Shown here: piece by piece, positions 27,929 through 36,148 of the stretch
Layout: each line of letters begins with the position of its first letter
Position numbering within the stretch: position 1 is the stretch's first letter
Source of the DNA: Bacteroidota bacterium
GTDB lineage: Bacteria; Bacteroidota; Ignavibacteria; UBA10030; UBA8401
DNA length: 64,000 nucleotides
Direction of reading: 5' to 3'
NCBI GenBank assembly: GCA_020052095.1
Contig: JAGVPT010000185.1
Span: 4,769 to 68,768, forward strand
The notes under the pieces: generated by a model
Databases searched by the model: none
Told to the model about the DNA's origin: nothing
Seen by the model: the letters and a program-made list of their open reading frames with translations, nothing else
Position numbers and translations under genes: made by a program

Positions 27929-28597
27929 ATGAGGGCGCCACGACAAAAAAAGCAGGAAGAACAGCACTGGCAAGTAAGCTACATCGATTTGCTCACTGCA
28001 TTGCTTGCGACATTTACGCTGCTCCTCTCGTTGTCAGTTCCTGATCAATCCAAATTGGACAGTTTGGCGTCTTCAGTCTCGGAGGCCGCGAAACAACAAG
28101 CGAACCTGGGGAGTCTATCGAAGGAGTTGATGGCGACGATAGAAAAGAACGCTTCGCTCAAAGGGCAGATCAACGTCGTCATGACCGATGCAGGCATCGA
28201 ACTTCGCTTCGGAAGCAATTTGCTTTTCCCGCCGGGCAAAGCGGCATTGCGTGCGGAAGGCTATGACGCGATCTACAGCATCGGCAAAATACTCGGCTAT
28301 TTCGTCAAGGCGCGTAACGCGTTTATCGCCGTCGAGGGACATACGGACGACACACCCCTTAGGACAACGACTGAATTTCGCTCCAACTGGGAATTGTCCT
28401 CGACCCGGGCAACAGAGGTCGTTCACTATTTGCAGGATACTGTCATGATCGAGGGGAAGCGGCTTTCGAGCACCGGGTTTTCCGATGCACGCCCGCAAAC
28501 TAGGGAGAAAGACCCGGCAACAGGCCAATTTACGGATCGGGCGCGCAACGATAATCGGCGCGTGGTTATTCGGATCTACTACCATCGTGAGGTCTAG
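27929..28597 (+). CDS. MotB/PomB-type stator B subunit (OmpA-like peptidoglycan-binding domain)
   Basis: WQVSYIDLLTALL (ion-binding Asp20), VEGHTDD, NWELSSTRA and NRRVVI. Confidence 0.92.
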   Translation: MRAPRQKKQEEQHWQVSYIDLLTALLATFTLLLSLSVPDQSKLDSLASSVSEAAKQQANLGSLSKELMATIEKNASLKGQINVVMTDAGIELRFGSNLLFPPGKAALRAEGYDAIYSIGKILGYFVKARNAFIAVEGHTDDTPLRTTTEFRSNWELSSTRATEVVHYLQDTVMIEGKRLSSTGFSDARPQTREKDPATGQFTDRARNDNRRVVIRIYYHREV

Positions 28598-28635
28598 CGG
28601 ATGAAATTGTTATCAAAAACATTCTCGGGAAAATT

Positions 28636-30495
28636 ATGAAAACTCGATTCGGAAGTGTGGTTCTTCTCCTTGTGGTAGTCTTTCAGGCACAGCTCTTTGC
28701 CGTGGACCTCGAACTCGAAAAGAAAAAGATGGAGCGGGATCTCGAAGATCGCACTTCCACGGAAATCCGCCGTTATTTTTCAGATCTTAATTTCCTTGTC
28801 ACTGCCGAAGTAACTCTTGTCGATTTAACTCCTCCTGTGAAGAAAGACAGAGGCGACAATAAGGATTTTCTCCTTCCCGGAGTTTCCGGTTTTCAGGCCG
28901 AGACTCAACGTTCGGAGGAATCGGCAAAACCTCAAATCGGTATTGAATCCATCGTCATCAAATTGTTGATTGACAAGAATAGGACGATGGAAGAAAAGGA
29001 CTTGCTCACAAACATCACGTTCTATACCGGCAAGCTCAATAAGGTTCGAGGAGACAGAGTTGATATCCAGGAAATGTCTTTTCCGGCAAGCACGCTGCAG
29101 GTCCAGCGGGAGCAACAGAGAGCAGAACAGGAAAAGCGCATTCAGGAACTGGAGAAGGCGAAACAGGATGCCGATCTCCGCGCGGCCCAACAACAAAAGG
29201 CCCAACCAGATCAGCTCACGCCGGCGAAACAACCTGAAAGTTTTCTGAGCCCCACAACAATGTTGTTATTGGGTCTTGGTCTGTTATTGCTGATTATTAT
29301 CGTCGTACTGCTGGCACGGGGAAGGAAGCAAAGTACCCCGGAAGCACAACAACCGCCGGCGCAGATGATGCCAGCGCAGCAGGGAATTCAGGGGGCGGAA
29401 GGCCAGGGGCAATCAGGTCTTCAGCAAGCCGTGATCGAACAGAATACAGAATTCCAAGAAGCGATGGAAGTCGATAAGGTGCGTCATAATCTCATTGCGA
29501 CATGCGCCGGCGAATCCGACTTAACGTCGAACGTCATCCGAGACATGATCGCGGATGCCACTCAGAAAGAACGACTCATGTTGGTGATATCGCAACTTGG
29601 GAATAGTCTTCTGCAGGTCATGAGAGACTATTTTTCCATCGACGAGATGAAAGTGCTTCAGGAGTTATCCCTTGAAAAGCAGGAAAAAACGCCGATGGAA
29701 ATCCGGGAGGCGCTCGCATCATTCCAGAACCAGCTTGCGATAAAGCGATTCTCCCAGGCCCGAAACACAAAGCAAAATCCATTTGCATTCCTTGAAAAAC
29801 TTTCGGAACCGCAGCTATATCTGTTAATGAAAGACGAACCGCCCGGAATCATTGCAATCATCTTGTCGCAGCTCAGTACGCCGATCGCAAGCTCTATGCT
29901 TAAGAACCTCCCGTCAATGCAGCAGGGAGAGGTCGCGTTGGAATTGGGCAAACTGCGTCGCCTGACCTCGGATACGTACGTTTCCGTCGCAAAGCAGCTC
30001 GCGGGGAAGGCAGCGACCATTCCGGTGATCAACAACGTTCAAGTGCAGGGGACTGATCTCTTGCTCGACATCTTTGACAATATTGACGAAACGGCAGAGT
30101 CGTCAATCATCGAATTCATTAAGGTGGTTAATCTTGATTTGTATCGGGAAATAACGAGTCAGCGCGTTTCCTTTAGTGCAATCAATCAGTTGGATGAAAG
30201 ACTTCTCCGTCAGATTGTGAAAGATATCTCTGGGGATGAGATGGCAATCGCTCTGAAGAATGCGCCGAAGGAAATCAGTGAACGCTTCTTCTCCGTCCTG
30301 CCGTCAAAGTCGAGAATTATTTTGGAAGACCGGCTGACATCTATGAAGAGCGTCTCTCCGGACGACGAATTGAAGGCACGCCGGCGAATTACACGAATGG
30401 TGCGGACGTATATGAAGTCTGGCGGCGCGTCTCTGGCCGCGGCCCCGGCAGCAGAGGGAACGGGAGAAGAGGCTAAGGAAGAGCAGCTTCAGTGA
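28636..30495 (+). CDS. FliF-like ring domain / TM / FliG middle+C-terminal domain fusion protein
   Basis: Signal peptide; KVRGDRVDIQEMSF (FliF-C RGD-like); one TM at ~aa 209-227; PFAFL...KDEPPGIIAIILSQL (FliG-M) and LDERLLRQIVKDI...AIALK (FliG-C). Confidence 0.78.
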   Translation: MKTRFGSVVLLLVVVFQAQLFAVDLELEKKKMERDLEDRTSTEIRRYFSDLNFLVTAEVTLVDLTPPVKKDRGDNKDFLLPGVSGFQAETQRSEESAKPQIGIESIVIKLLIDKNRTMEEKDLLTNITFYTGKLNKVRGDRVDIQEMSFPASTLQVQREQQRAEQEKRIQELEKAKQDADLRAAQQQKAQPDQLTPAKQPESFLSPTTMLLLGLGLLLLIIIVVLLARGRKQSTPEAQQPPAQMMPAQQGIQGAEGQGQSGLQQAVIEQNTEFQEAMEVDKVRHNLIATCAGESDLTSNVIRDMIADATQKERLMLVISQLGNSLLQVMRDYFSIDEMKVLQELSLEKQEKTPMEIREALASFQNQLAIKRFSQARNTKQNPFAFLEKLSEPQLYLLMKDEPPGIIAIILSQLSTPIASSMLKNLPSMQQGEVALELGKLRRLTSDTYVSVAKQLAGKAATIPVINNVQVQGTDLLLDIFDNIDETAESSIIEFIKVVNLDLYREITSQRVSFSAINQLDERLLRQIVKDISGDEMAIALKNAPKEISERFFSVLPSKSRIILEDRLTSMKSVSPDDELKARRRITRMVRTYMKSGGASLAAAPAAEGTGEEAKEEQLQ

Positions 30496-30515
30496 TTCGT
30501 GTGCGTTATGTCTAC

Positions 30516-30555
30516 AAAGAAAGAGCACCTTGGGAAAGGTGCTCTTTCTTTTTCT
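30516..30555 (+). terminator. Rho-independent terminator closing the motor-like operon
   Basis: AAAGAAAGAGCACCTT-GGGA-AAGGTGCTCTTTCTTT 16-bp stem plus T-tract. Confidence 0.82.
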
Positions 30556-30592
30556 ATGTGAAGTTATTTTCTCGTTTGTTCTGTTGAATAAG

Positions 30593-31639
30593 ATGAGTAT
30601 GGAAACAGTTGAGTCATATGTCGGGACGGAATTGCACCGATTAACGCTCCACCCCCGGTACGAAGAACTGGGCGTTCCATTCATGGAATACGATGGTTGG
30701 CTTTTGCCGCGTAAATTCCGGGACCTCGGTGAAGAAGTGGCGCTGCTCGAAGATGGAAGGGGGTACATCGATTTTTCTGACCACGGATTCCTTAGAATGG
30801 AGGGGAACGACGCAGTCGACTTACTTCATCGGATATCCACGAATGATTTTCGCAGCTTTAAAGAAGGCAGCGCTGTGCAAACAGTTCTGTTGAGTGAAAA
30901 AGGGCGGCTCGTCGATTCTATCGTCATCCTTCATCGGAACGATCATCTTCTGGTGATTACAAGCCGCGGTGCACATCAACACGTTGCGCAATGGATTGAG
31001 AAATTCATAATTATGGAGGATGTAAAACTGTCCAATGAGACGGGTCGTCATCTTCTTTTCTTCCATTGCACGCCACACCATGGACATCATGCCCCGGTAT
31101 CAAATGGAGCGAAGCTCTATACCTTCAGAACGAAGTATTTTGACCTTGACAGCACATTCTATATTGGCGAGGTTGCCTCATCGATTAGGGCCGTGGTCGA
31201 ATCCGCGGCACTGGTTCAAGTTGGAAACGAGGCCTATGAATTGTTCCGCATTCGCAAGGGGATCTCAGCGTACGGTAAGGAAATCATCGCTGAGTACAAT
31301 CCTCTTGAATTGGGTTTGAGGGGACAAATGAGCTTTGCAAAAGGATGTTACATCGGTCAAGAAGTAATAGCTCGACTTGATACCTACAAAAAAGTGCAGA
31401 AGAAATTATGCCGTGTTCATATTGATAAGATTCTCCCTTCGAACAGAGAATATCGGTTTTTTGCAGACGATAAGGAGGCAGGGAGTCTAACGAGCCACGT
31501 CCCGAACATCGGAGGAGAATCTGGTTCAATGGGACTTGCGATGGTGAAGAGTGTTTTCGCAAGCGCCGGAGCGCGATTTCTTCTTGACCGTCATGGTTCT
31601 GTTTTGACTATTGAAGACTTTGCTGAGAACGTACGGTAA
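30593..31639 (+). CDS. YgfZ/GcvT family folate-binding protein
   Basis: GNDAVDLLHRISTND and SFAKGCYIGQEVIARL (YgfZ signature). Confidence 0.9.
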   Translation: MSMETVESYVGTELHRLTLHPRYEELGVPFMEYDGWLLPRKFRDLGEEVALLEDGRGYIDFSDHGFLRMEGNDAVDLLHRISTNDFRSFKEGSAVQTVLLSEKGRLVDSIVILHRNDHLLVITSRGAHQHVAQWIEKFIIMEDVKLSNETGRHLLFFHCTPHHGHHAPVSNGAKLYTFRTKYFDLDSTFYIGEVASSIRAVVESAALVQVGNEAYELFRIRKGISAYGKEIIAEYNPLELGLRGQMSFAKGCYIGQEVIARLDTYKKVQKKLCRVHIDKILPSNREYRFFADDKEAGSLTSHVPNIGGESGSMGLAMVKSVFASAGARFLLDRHGSVLTIEDFAENVR

Positions 31640-31644
31640 CGTGA

Positions 31645-32124
31645 ATGGAAACAATCACAATTACTACCGAGTCCAAAAAGGAGCGATACGAGGAATTGCT
31701 TCCACAGATATCGGCCCTCCTCGCTGATGAAAGCGATCTCATTGCCAATTTGGCGAATGTGAGCGCAGCGCTGAAAACGGCATTTAGTCATTATTCATGG
31801 GTGGGCTTTTATCTTCTGAAGAATGATGAACTGGTGCTAGGCCCATTTCAAGGGAAAGTCGCATGCGTTCGCATTGCATTGGGCAAAGGAGTATGTGGTA
31901 CTGCAGCCATGCGAAGGGAGACAGTTGTTGTCCAGGATGTGACAGAATTTCCGGGGCACATTGCCTGCGATTCAGACTCACGCTCGGAAATCGTCGTCCC
32001 AATGGTTCGAGGGATGTATCTTTGCGGTGTTATTGACGTCGATAGCTATGAGCGTGACTCGTTTGATGAAACTGATCGAACGTACCTGGAAAAAATCGCA
32101 GAGATCGTGAGCGAAAAATTCTGA
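31645..32124 (+). CDS. msrC: GAF-domain free methionine-(R)-sulfoxide reductase
   Basis: WVGFY, LGPFQGKVAC, GKGVCG, HIACD and SEIVVP. Confidence 0.88.
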   Translation: METITITTESKKERYEELLPQISALLADESDLIANLANVSAALKTAFSHYSWVGFYLLKNDELVLGPFQGKVACVRIALGKGVCGTAAMRRETVVVQDVTEFPGHIACDSDSRSEIVVPMVRGMYLCGVIDVDSYERDSFDETDRTYLEKIAEIVSEKF

Positions 32125-32146
32125 TCAGTCAAGTTAATACGTCACG

Positions 32147-32989
32147 ATGAAAACGCCCAAAAGGAATGCTGGCCCAATACGAGCCTATAAAAACCTCGGA
32201 TTTCTTAACAGCAAAGATGCAAGGCCGATTCGGATTCTGTCAGAATTTCTGGAACCTCTGAGCAGGTTCAAATACTATGGAATAAAGGACATCATTGTGT
32301 TCTTCGGCTCGGCGAGGATCAAATCGCGGGCGGTTTGCAAAAAGCAACTAGCGCAAGTGCGGCGGACGATTCGAAGCTCCAAGAGAAAAAGCCCCGAATT
32401 GGAGAGAGATCTTAAAAGCGCTGAAATTGCGCTCTCAATGTCGAGGTACTATGAGGAGGCAGTCGACCTGGCTCGTCTCCTAACGAAGTGGTCAAAGTCT
32501 TTAAAGGACAAGCACAGGTTTGTGGTATGTTCGGGGGGTGGCCCTGGAATAATGGAAGCTGCCAATAGGGGCGCTCTTTTGGCGAAAGGGAAGTCTATTG
32601 GATTGAACATAGGTTTGCCTTTTGAACAGAGTTCTAATGAGTATATTACACCAGAACTGAATTTGGAATTCCACTATTTTTTTATGCGAAAATATTGGTT
32701 TATGTATCTTGGGAAAGCGCTGGTGGCGTTCCCCGGGGGCTTTGGCACTCTCGATGAACTGATGGAGCTGCTTACCCTGCTCCAGACAGGCAAGATTAAG
32801 AAGAAGATGACTGTGATCCTGTACGGCCGCACCTTTTGGGAGCAGATAATAAATCTCCCAAGATTGGAAGAACTAGGGATGATTAGTCGAGAAGACTCCC
32901 AGCTATTTAAGTTTGCAGATTCTCCGCGAGAAGCATTCGCGTTTCTCAAAAACGGCTTGACCCTTAACTATCCAGAAAGACCATTTTGA
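32147..32989 (+). CDS. LOG family protein (TIGR00730-like)
   Basis: FFGSAR, SGGGPGIMEAANRGA and FPGGFGTLDE. Confidence 0.92.
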   Translation: MKTPKRNAGPIRAYKNLGFLNSKDARPIRILSEFLEPLSRFKYYGIKDIIVFFGSARIKSRAVCKKQLAQVRRTIRSSKRKSPELERDLKSAEIALSMSRYYEEAVDLARLLTKWSKSLKDKHRFVVCSGGGPGIMEAANRGALLAKGKSIGLNIGLPFEQSSNEYITPELNLEFHYFFMRKYWFMYLGKALVAFPGGFGTLDELMELLTLLQTGKIKKKMTVILYGRTFWEQIINLPRLEELGMISREDSQLFKFADSPREAFAFLKNGLTLNYPERPF

Positions 32990-33855
32990 CACCTATTAAT
33001 CGCTTTAATGAAAGTGATATAACTCGTGTTAAATCATTGATTAATCTACTTGATGATGAAGATAATTCTATTTATATTATTGCACGCGATCATTTGATAT
33101 CAATGGGTGAACTGGCGCTTCCACTTCTTGAAAGTCACCTTCAAGCCAACGAGCCAGTTCTTCAAGAGCGCGTTAAGGAGGCCTACAAAGTCATTACTTC
33201 TGCAATACTGAAGGAACAGATACGCGCGTACCGTGAAAAATACAAGGAGGAAATGAACCTGGAGGAGGGGGTGCTCCTCATCGCAAAATATGGATATCCC
33301 CAGATCGATATGCGCACGTTTTCTGATCTGCTTAACTTCTTCGCTTCGGAGTTACAGGGGCGACTTGATTTTGCGGACCCACCGGAGGAGATTGCAATAA
33401 AGGTCGGAAAGTACTTTTCCGAAGAGAAGGGCTTCAGCGGAAGCGAAATAGATTACTACGACGGTGATTACCATTACATCAACAAAGTAATTGAAACGAA
33501 AAAGGGAGTGCCTATTTCGCTCTCTGTAATCTATTTATTGGTCTTGAAGAGGTTAAATCTGCCCGTAAAAGGGATCGGAATGCCGGGACATTTCATCATC
33601 AGATATGAATTTGGGAGCAAACACATACTGGCAGATCCTTTTCATGCTGGAAAAATTTTGTCTCTTGAAGACTGCAAAAATTATTTAGTTCGAATGGGAT
33701 ATACCTTTAGTAGTGAATACCTTGACCCAGTCAGTAATAAGCAAATTCTTGAACGGATGATTAGAAATTTGATTTTGGTTTTTGAGAAGCAAAATCAGCC
33801 TGCGAACGTTCAGACTTTTCTACAGTGTATTGATATTCTGAACATGAATCTTTAA
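32986..33855 (+). CDS. SirB1/transglutaminase-like protein
   Basis: KKGVPISLSVIYL, GIGMPGHF, DPFHAG and ILERMIRNL. Confidence 0.88.
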   Translation: MTPINRFNESDITRVKSLINLLDDEDNSIYIIARDHLISMGELALPLLESHLQANEPVLQERVKEAYKVITSAILKEQIRAYREKYKEEMNLEEGVLLIAKYGYPQIDMRTFSDLLNFFASELQGRLDFADPPEEIAIKVGKYFSEEKGFSGSEIDYYDGDYHYINKVIETKKGVPISLSVIYLLVLKRLNLPVKGIGMPGHFIIRYEFGSKHILADPFHAGKILSLEDCKNYLVRMGYTFSSEYLDPVSNKQILERMIRNLILVFEKQNQPANVQTFLQCIDILNMNL

Positions 33856-33865
33856 ATTGGAATAA

Positions 33866-34231
33866 GGGGGTGAATGGTTTCGACGAGGTCGAAGATGGTT
33901 GGACATAAGCATACCGTGCTCTCCGAGTTGCACGTAAATAAAGCGGAAACAATACAAGTGCAGACTACAACTACGCACTCGCTGCTTAATTAAACATTAA
34001 GTGGCGCATCTTCTTGAGACCCCGCCTGGCGGGTTTCTTGTAAGGTGTCGACTTCAGCCAGGCGTGCTAATATCCATGCTGGTGCGATATTGGCGAGAGC
34101 AAATCCCAGATAGCTTTGAGCATGGCGAGTTCATCCTGCCGGCTCCGGGCGAAATCGCACGAGATGAACTGAGTATGGAGAAGGTCTAATGGTCGTCACT
34201 TCGGACCGGGGTTCGAATCCCCGCACCTCCA
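33866..34231 (+). ncRNA. ssrA: tmRNA (one-piece); tag (A)ADYNYALAA*
   Basis: 5' GGGGGTGAATGGTTTCGAC; tag ORF GCA GAC TAC AAC TAC GCA CTC GCT GCT TAA at 33960-33989; 3' GGTTCGAATCCCCGCACCTCCA. Confidence 0.95.
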
Positions 34232-34265
34232 CGACGTTTTACGCCTCACCACTACTGCCATTCGA

Positions 34266-35147
34266 ATGGAGAAGGAAAAGATCGAGCAAATCGACTTTTT
34301 GAAAATGTCGGGAGCTGGAAACGACTTTGTCGTAATTGACAATCGCCGGGGAACCGTCACGGAGCCAGTTGCATTTGCCCGCGTCGTATGCGATCGACGC
34401 AGGGGAGTGGGTGCTGACGGACTGCTTCTGCTTGAGAATAGCAATAGGTCAGATTTTCAAATGAAGTATTACAATGCCGACGGAAGTTACGGCGGCATGT
34501 GTGGGAATGGTGGTCGGTGCATCAGCCGATTCGCCTACCTCAAAGAAATAGTTGCATCGGAACAGATGAAATTCGACGCCCTTGATCATGTCTATCGAGC
34601 ACAGATTTTGAAAGACGATGTAAAATTGACGATGAAAAATCCCTCCGACATACGATCAAACGAGATGCTCCCGATGGACGGGCTCAATCTAATCTCTCAT
34701 TACATCGATACCGGATCTCCGCATTGTGTCATTTTTCTAGATCAGAATAAAGATATCCTTGGAACTCTTCGCGACTTGGATGTGTATGGAATAGGAAAAA
34801 CTATTCGCTATCACAAATCATTTTCTCCAAACGGAACGAACGTGAATTTTGTCGAAGGTGTCGATTCAAATACCATACGCATAAGAACTTATGAGCGAGG
34901 TGTTGAAGCGGAAACTCTGGCTTGTGGAACAGGATCGGTCGCCTCGGCGATCTTGGCAAATCAAATTGGTGGAGTCCGTGCGCCTGTAGTTGTCCAGACG
35001 CAAAGCGGGGAATCACTCCAGGTCGACTTTCAGAATCGAGGCATGTCTGTTTATGAGGAAGTCTCACTCTTAGGAAGTGCTCACGTTACGTTCGCCGGAG
35101 CAATCCGCTATAATCCCTCCTCACACACCATAGTCGACCAAGCATAG
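34266..35147 (+). CDS. dapF: Diaminopimelate epimerase
   Basis: GAGNDF, GADG, MCGNGGRC and ERGVEAETLACGTG. Confidence 0.96.
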   Translation: MEKEKIEQIDFLKMSGAGNDFVVIDNRRGTVTEPVAFARVVCDRRRGVGADGLLLLENSNRSDFQMKYYNADGSYGGMCGNGGRCISRFAYLKEIVASEQMKFDALDHVYRAQILKDDVKLTMKNPSDIRSNEMLPMDGLNLISHYIDTGSPHCVIFLDQNKDILGTLRDLDVYGIGKTIRYHKSFSPNGTNVNFVEGVDSNTIRIRTYERGVEAETLACGTGSVASAILANQIGGVRAPVVVQTQSGESLQVDFQNRGMSVYEEVSLLGSAHVTFAGAIRYNPSSHTIVDQA

Positions 35148-36046
35148 TGCTCCCGACTTTTTTTATTGTCAATCCCCATTCCGGAAACGGAAACGTCGCA
35201 AGGACCATTCCTCTCATCCGGCAGCACTTCGAGGAAGCGGCCGTTCCATTCGAAATCTACCTGACAAAGAAGGCAAACGATGCAACTGCTGTAGCTCGTG
35301 AAATGTCTGACAAATTTCCCGTTCTTGTGGCGGTGGGAGGGGACGGGACGATCAACGAGTTGGTTAATGGGATGGGACCTTCGAACATCCTAGGTGTTCT
35401 ACCGACGGGGTCCGGAAACGATTTCTCCAAAATGCTGCAGCTTCCCCATGGCACAAATAGAATCCTCCAAGTTATTGCCAAACAGAAGACTAAGCTCATT
35501 GATCTCGGACATATTACTGCTATAAACAGCAGGTTGGAGAAGATCGAAAAATATTTTGTAAACTCAGTTGGAATCGGACTTGATGCAAAAGTCGCCTATG
35601 AAGCACGCAAGTTGCAGATGTTGCGTGGGCTTGCAAAGTACGTTGTCTCAGCAATGAAGAGTATATTTTCTTACCGTCCCGCCATCGCGCACGTGAGTTT
35701 TGGCTTACGCGAGAGCCACGGAAAGCACTTGCTGATAGCAATTGGCAATGGGAAAAGTGCTGGCGGCGGCTTCTATCTGACGCCCGACGCAATTCTCGAC
35801 GACGGATTACTGGACATCTGCCTGGCAAAAGATATTTCTGTTTTGGAGACGCTGAAGATCTTCCCGTTCGTTCTCAAAGGAAAGCATGGCCGCTTTGACA
35901 AGATAGAATTCGGGCGGTCAGCTAAATTTAACGTCAAAGGCGATGACGACTTGCCGGTTCATGTGGACGGAGAGGTTGTCGGGCTCGACAATCGTGAAAT
36001 CGCAATTGACTTGAAGCCACGATCATTGAGGGTGATCGTCCCATAA
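35147..36046 (+). CDS. Diacylglycerol kinase family lipid kinase (YegS/Rv2252/BmrU)
   Basis: NPHSG, GGDGTINE, PTGSGNDF and VDGE. Confidence 0.92.
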   Translation: MLPTFFIVNPHSGNGNVARTIPLIRQHFEEAAVPFEIYLTKKANDATAVAREMSDKFPVLVAVGGDGTINELVNGMGPSNILGVLPTGSGNDFSKMLQLPHGTNRILQVIAKQKTKLIDLGHITAINSRLEKIEKYFVNSVGIGLDAKVAYEARKLQMLRGLAKYVVSAMKSIFSYRPAIAHVSFGLRESHGKHLLIAIGNGKSAGGGFYLTPDAILDDGLLDICLAKDISVLETLKIFPFVLKGKHGRFDKIEFGRSAKFNVKGDDDLPVHVDGEVVGLDNREIAIDLKPRSLRVIVP

Positions 36047-36148
36047 GGTAATTAGAGGGAAGAAACAGACGAAATTCAATATGCTAATTAGCGATATAAT
36101 ATGTGTTATGTAAAGTTACATTTCTTGAGAATTACACCCGCAAACAAG

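Noticed and set aside
27075..28597. ExbB/ExbD, TolQ/TolR or ZorA/ZorB interpretation of the stator pair
   Set aside because: The B subunit has an OmpA-like peptidoglycan domain (not ExbD/TolR). The A subunit has flagellar-type cytoplasmic segments and no long ZorA tail. No zorC/D/E genes are adjacent, whereas a FliG-like gene is.
24832..30555. Genomic island integrated at tRNA-Lys carrying the motor operon
   Set aside because: No integrase and no duplicated tRNA 3' end were seen downstream, and composition does not look obviously different. Adjacency alone is insufficient.
34001..34444. ORFs 34001-34189 (+) and 34196-34444 (-)
   Set aside because: They lie within or antisense to tmRNA and dapF.
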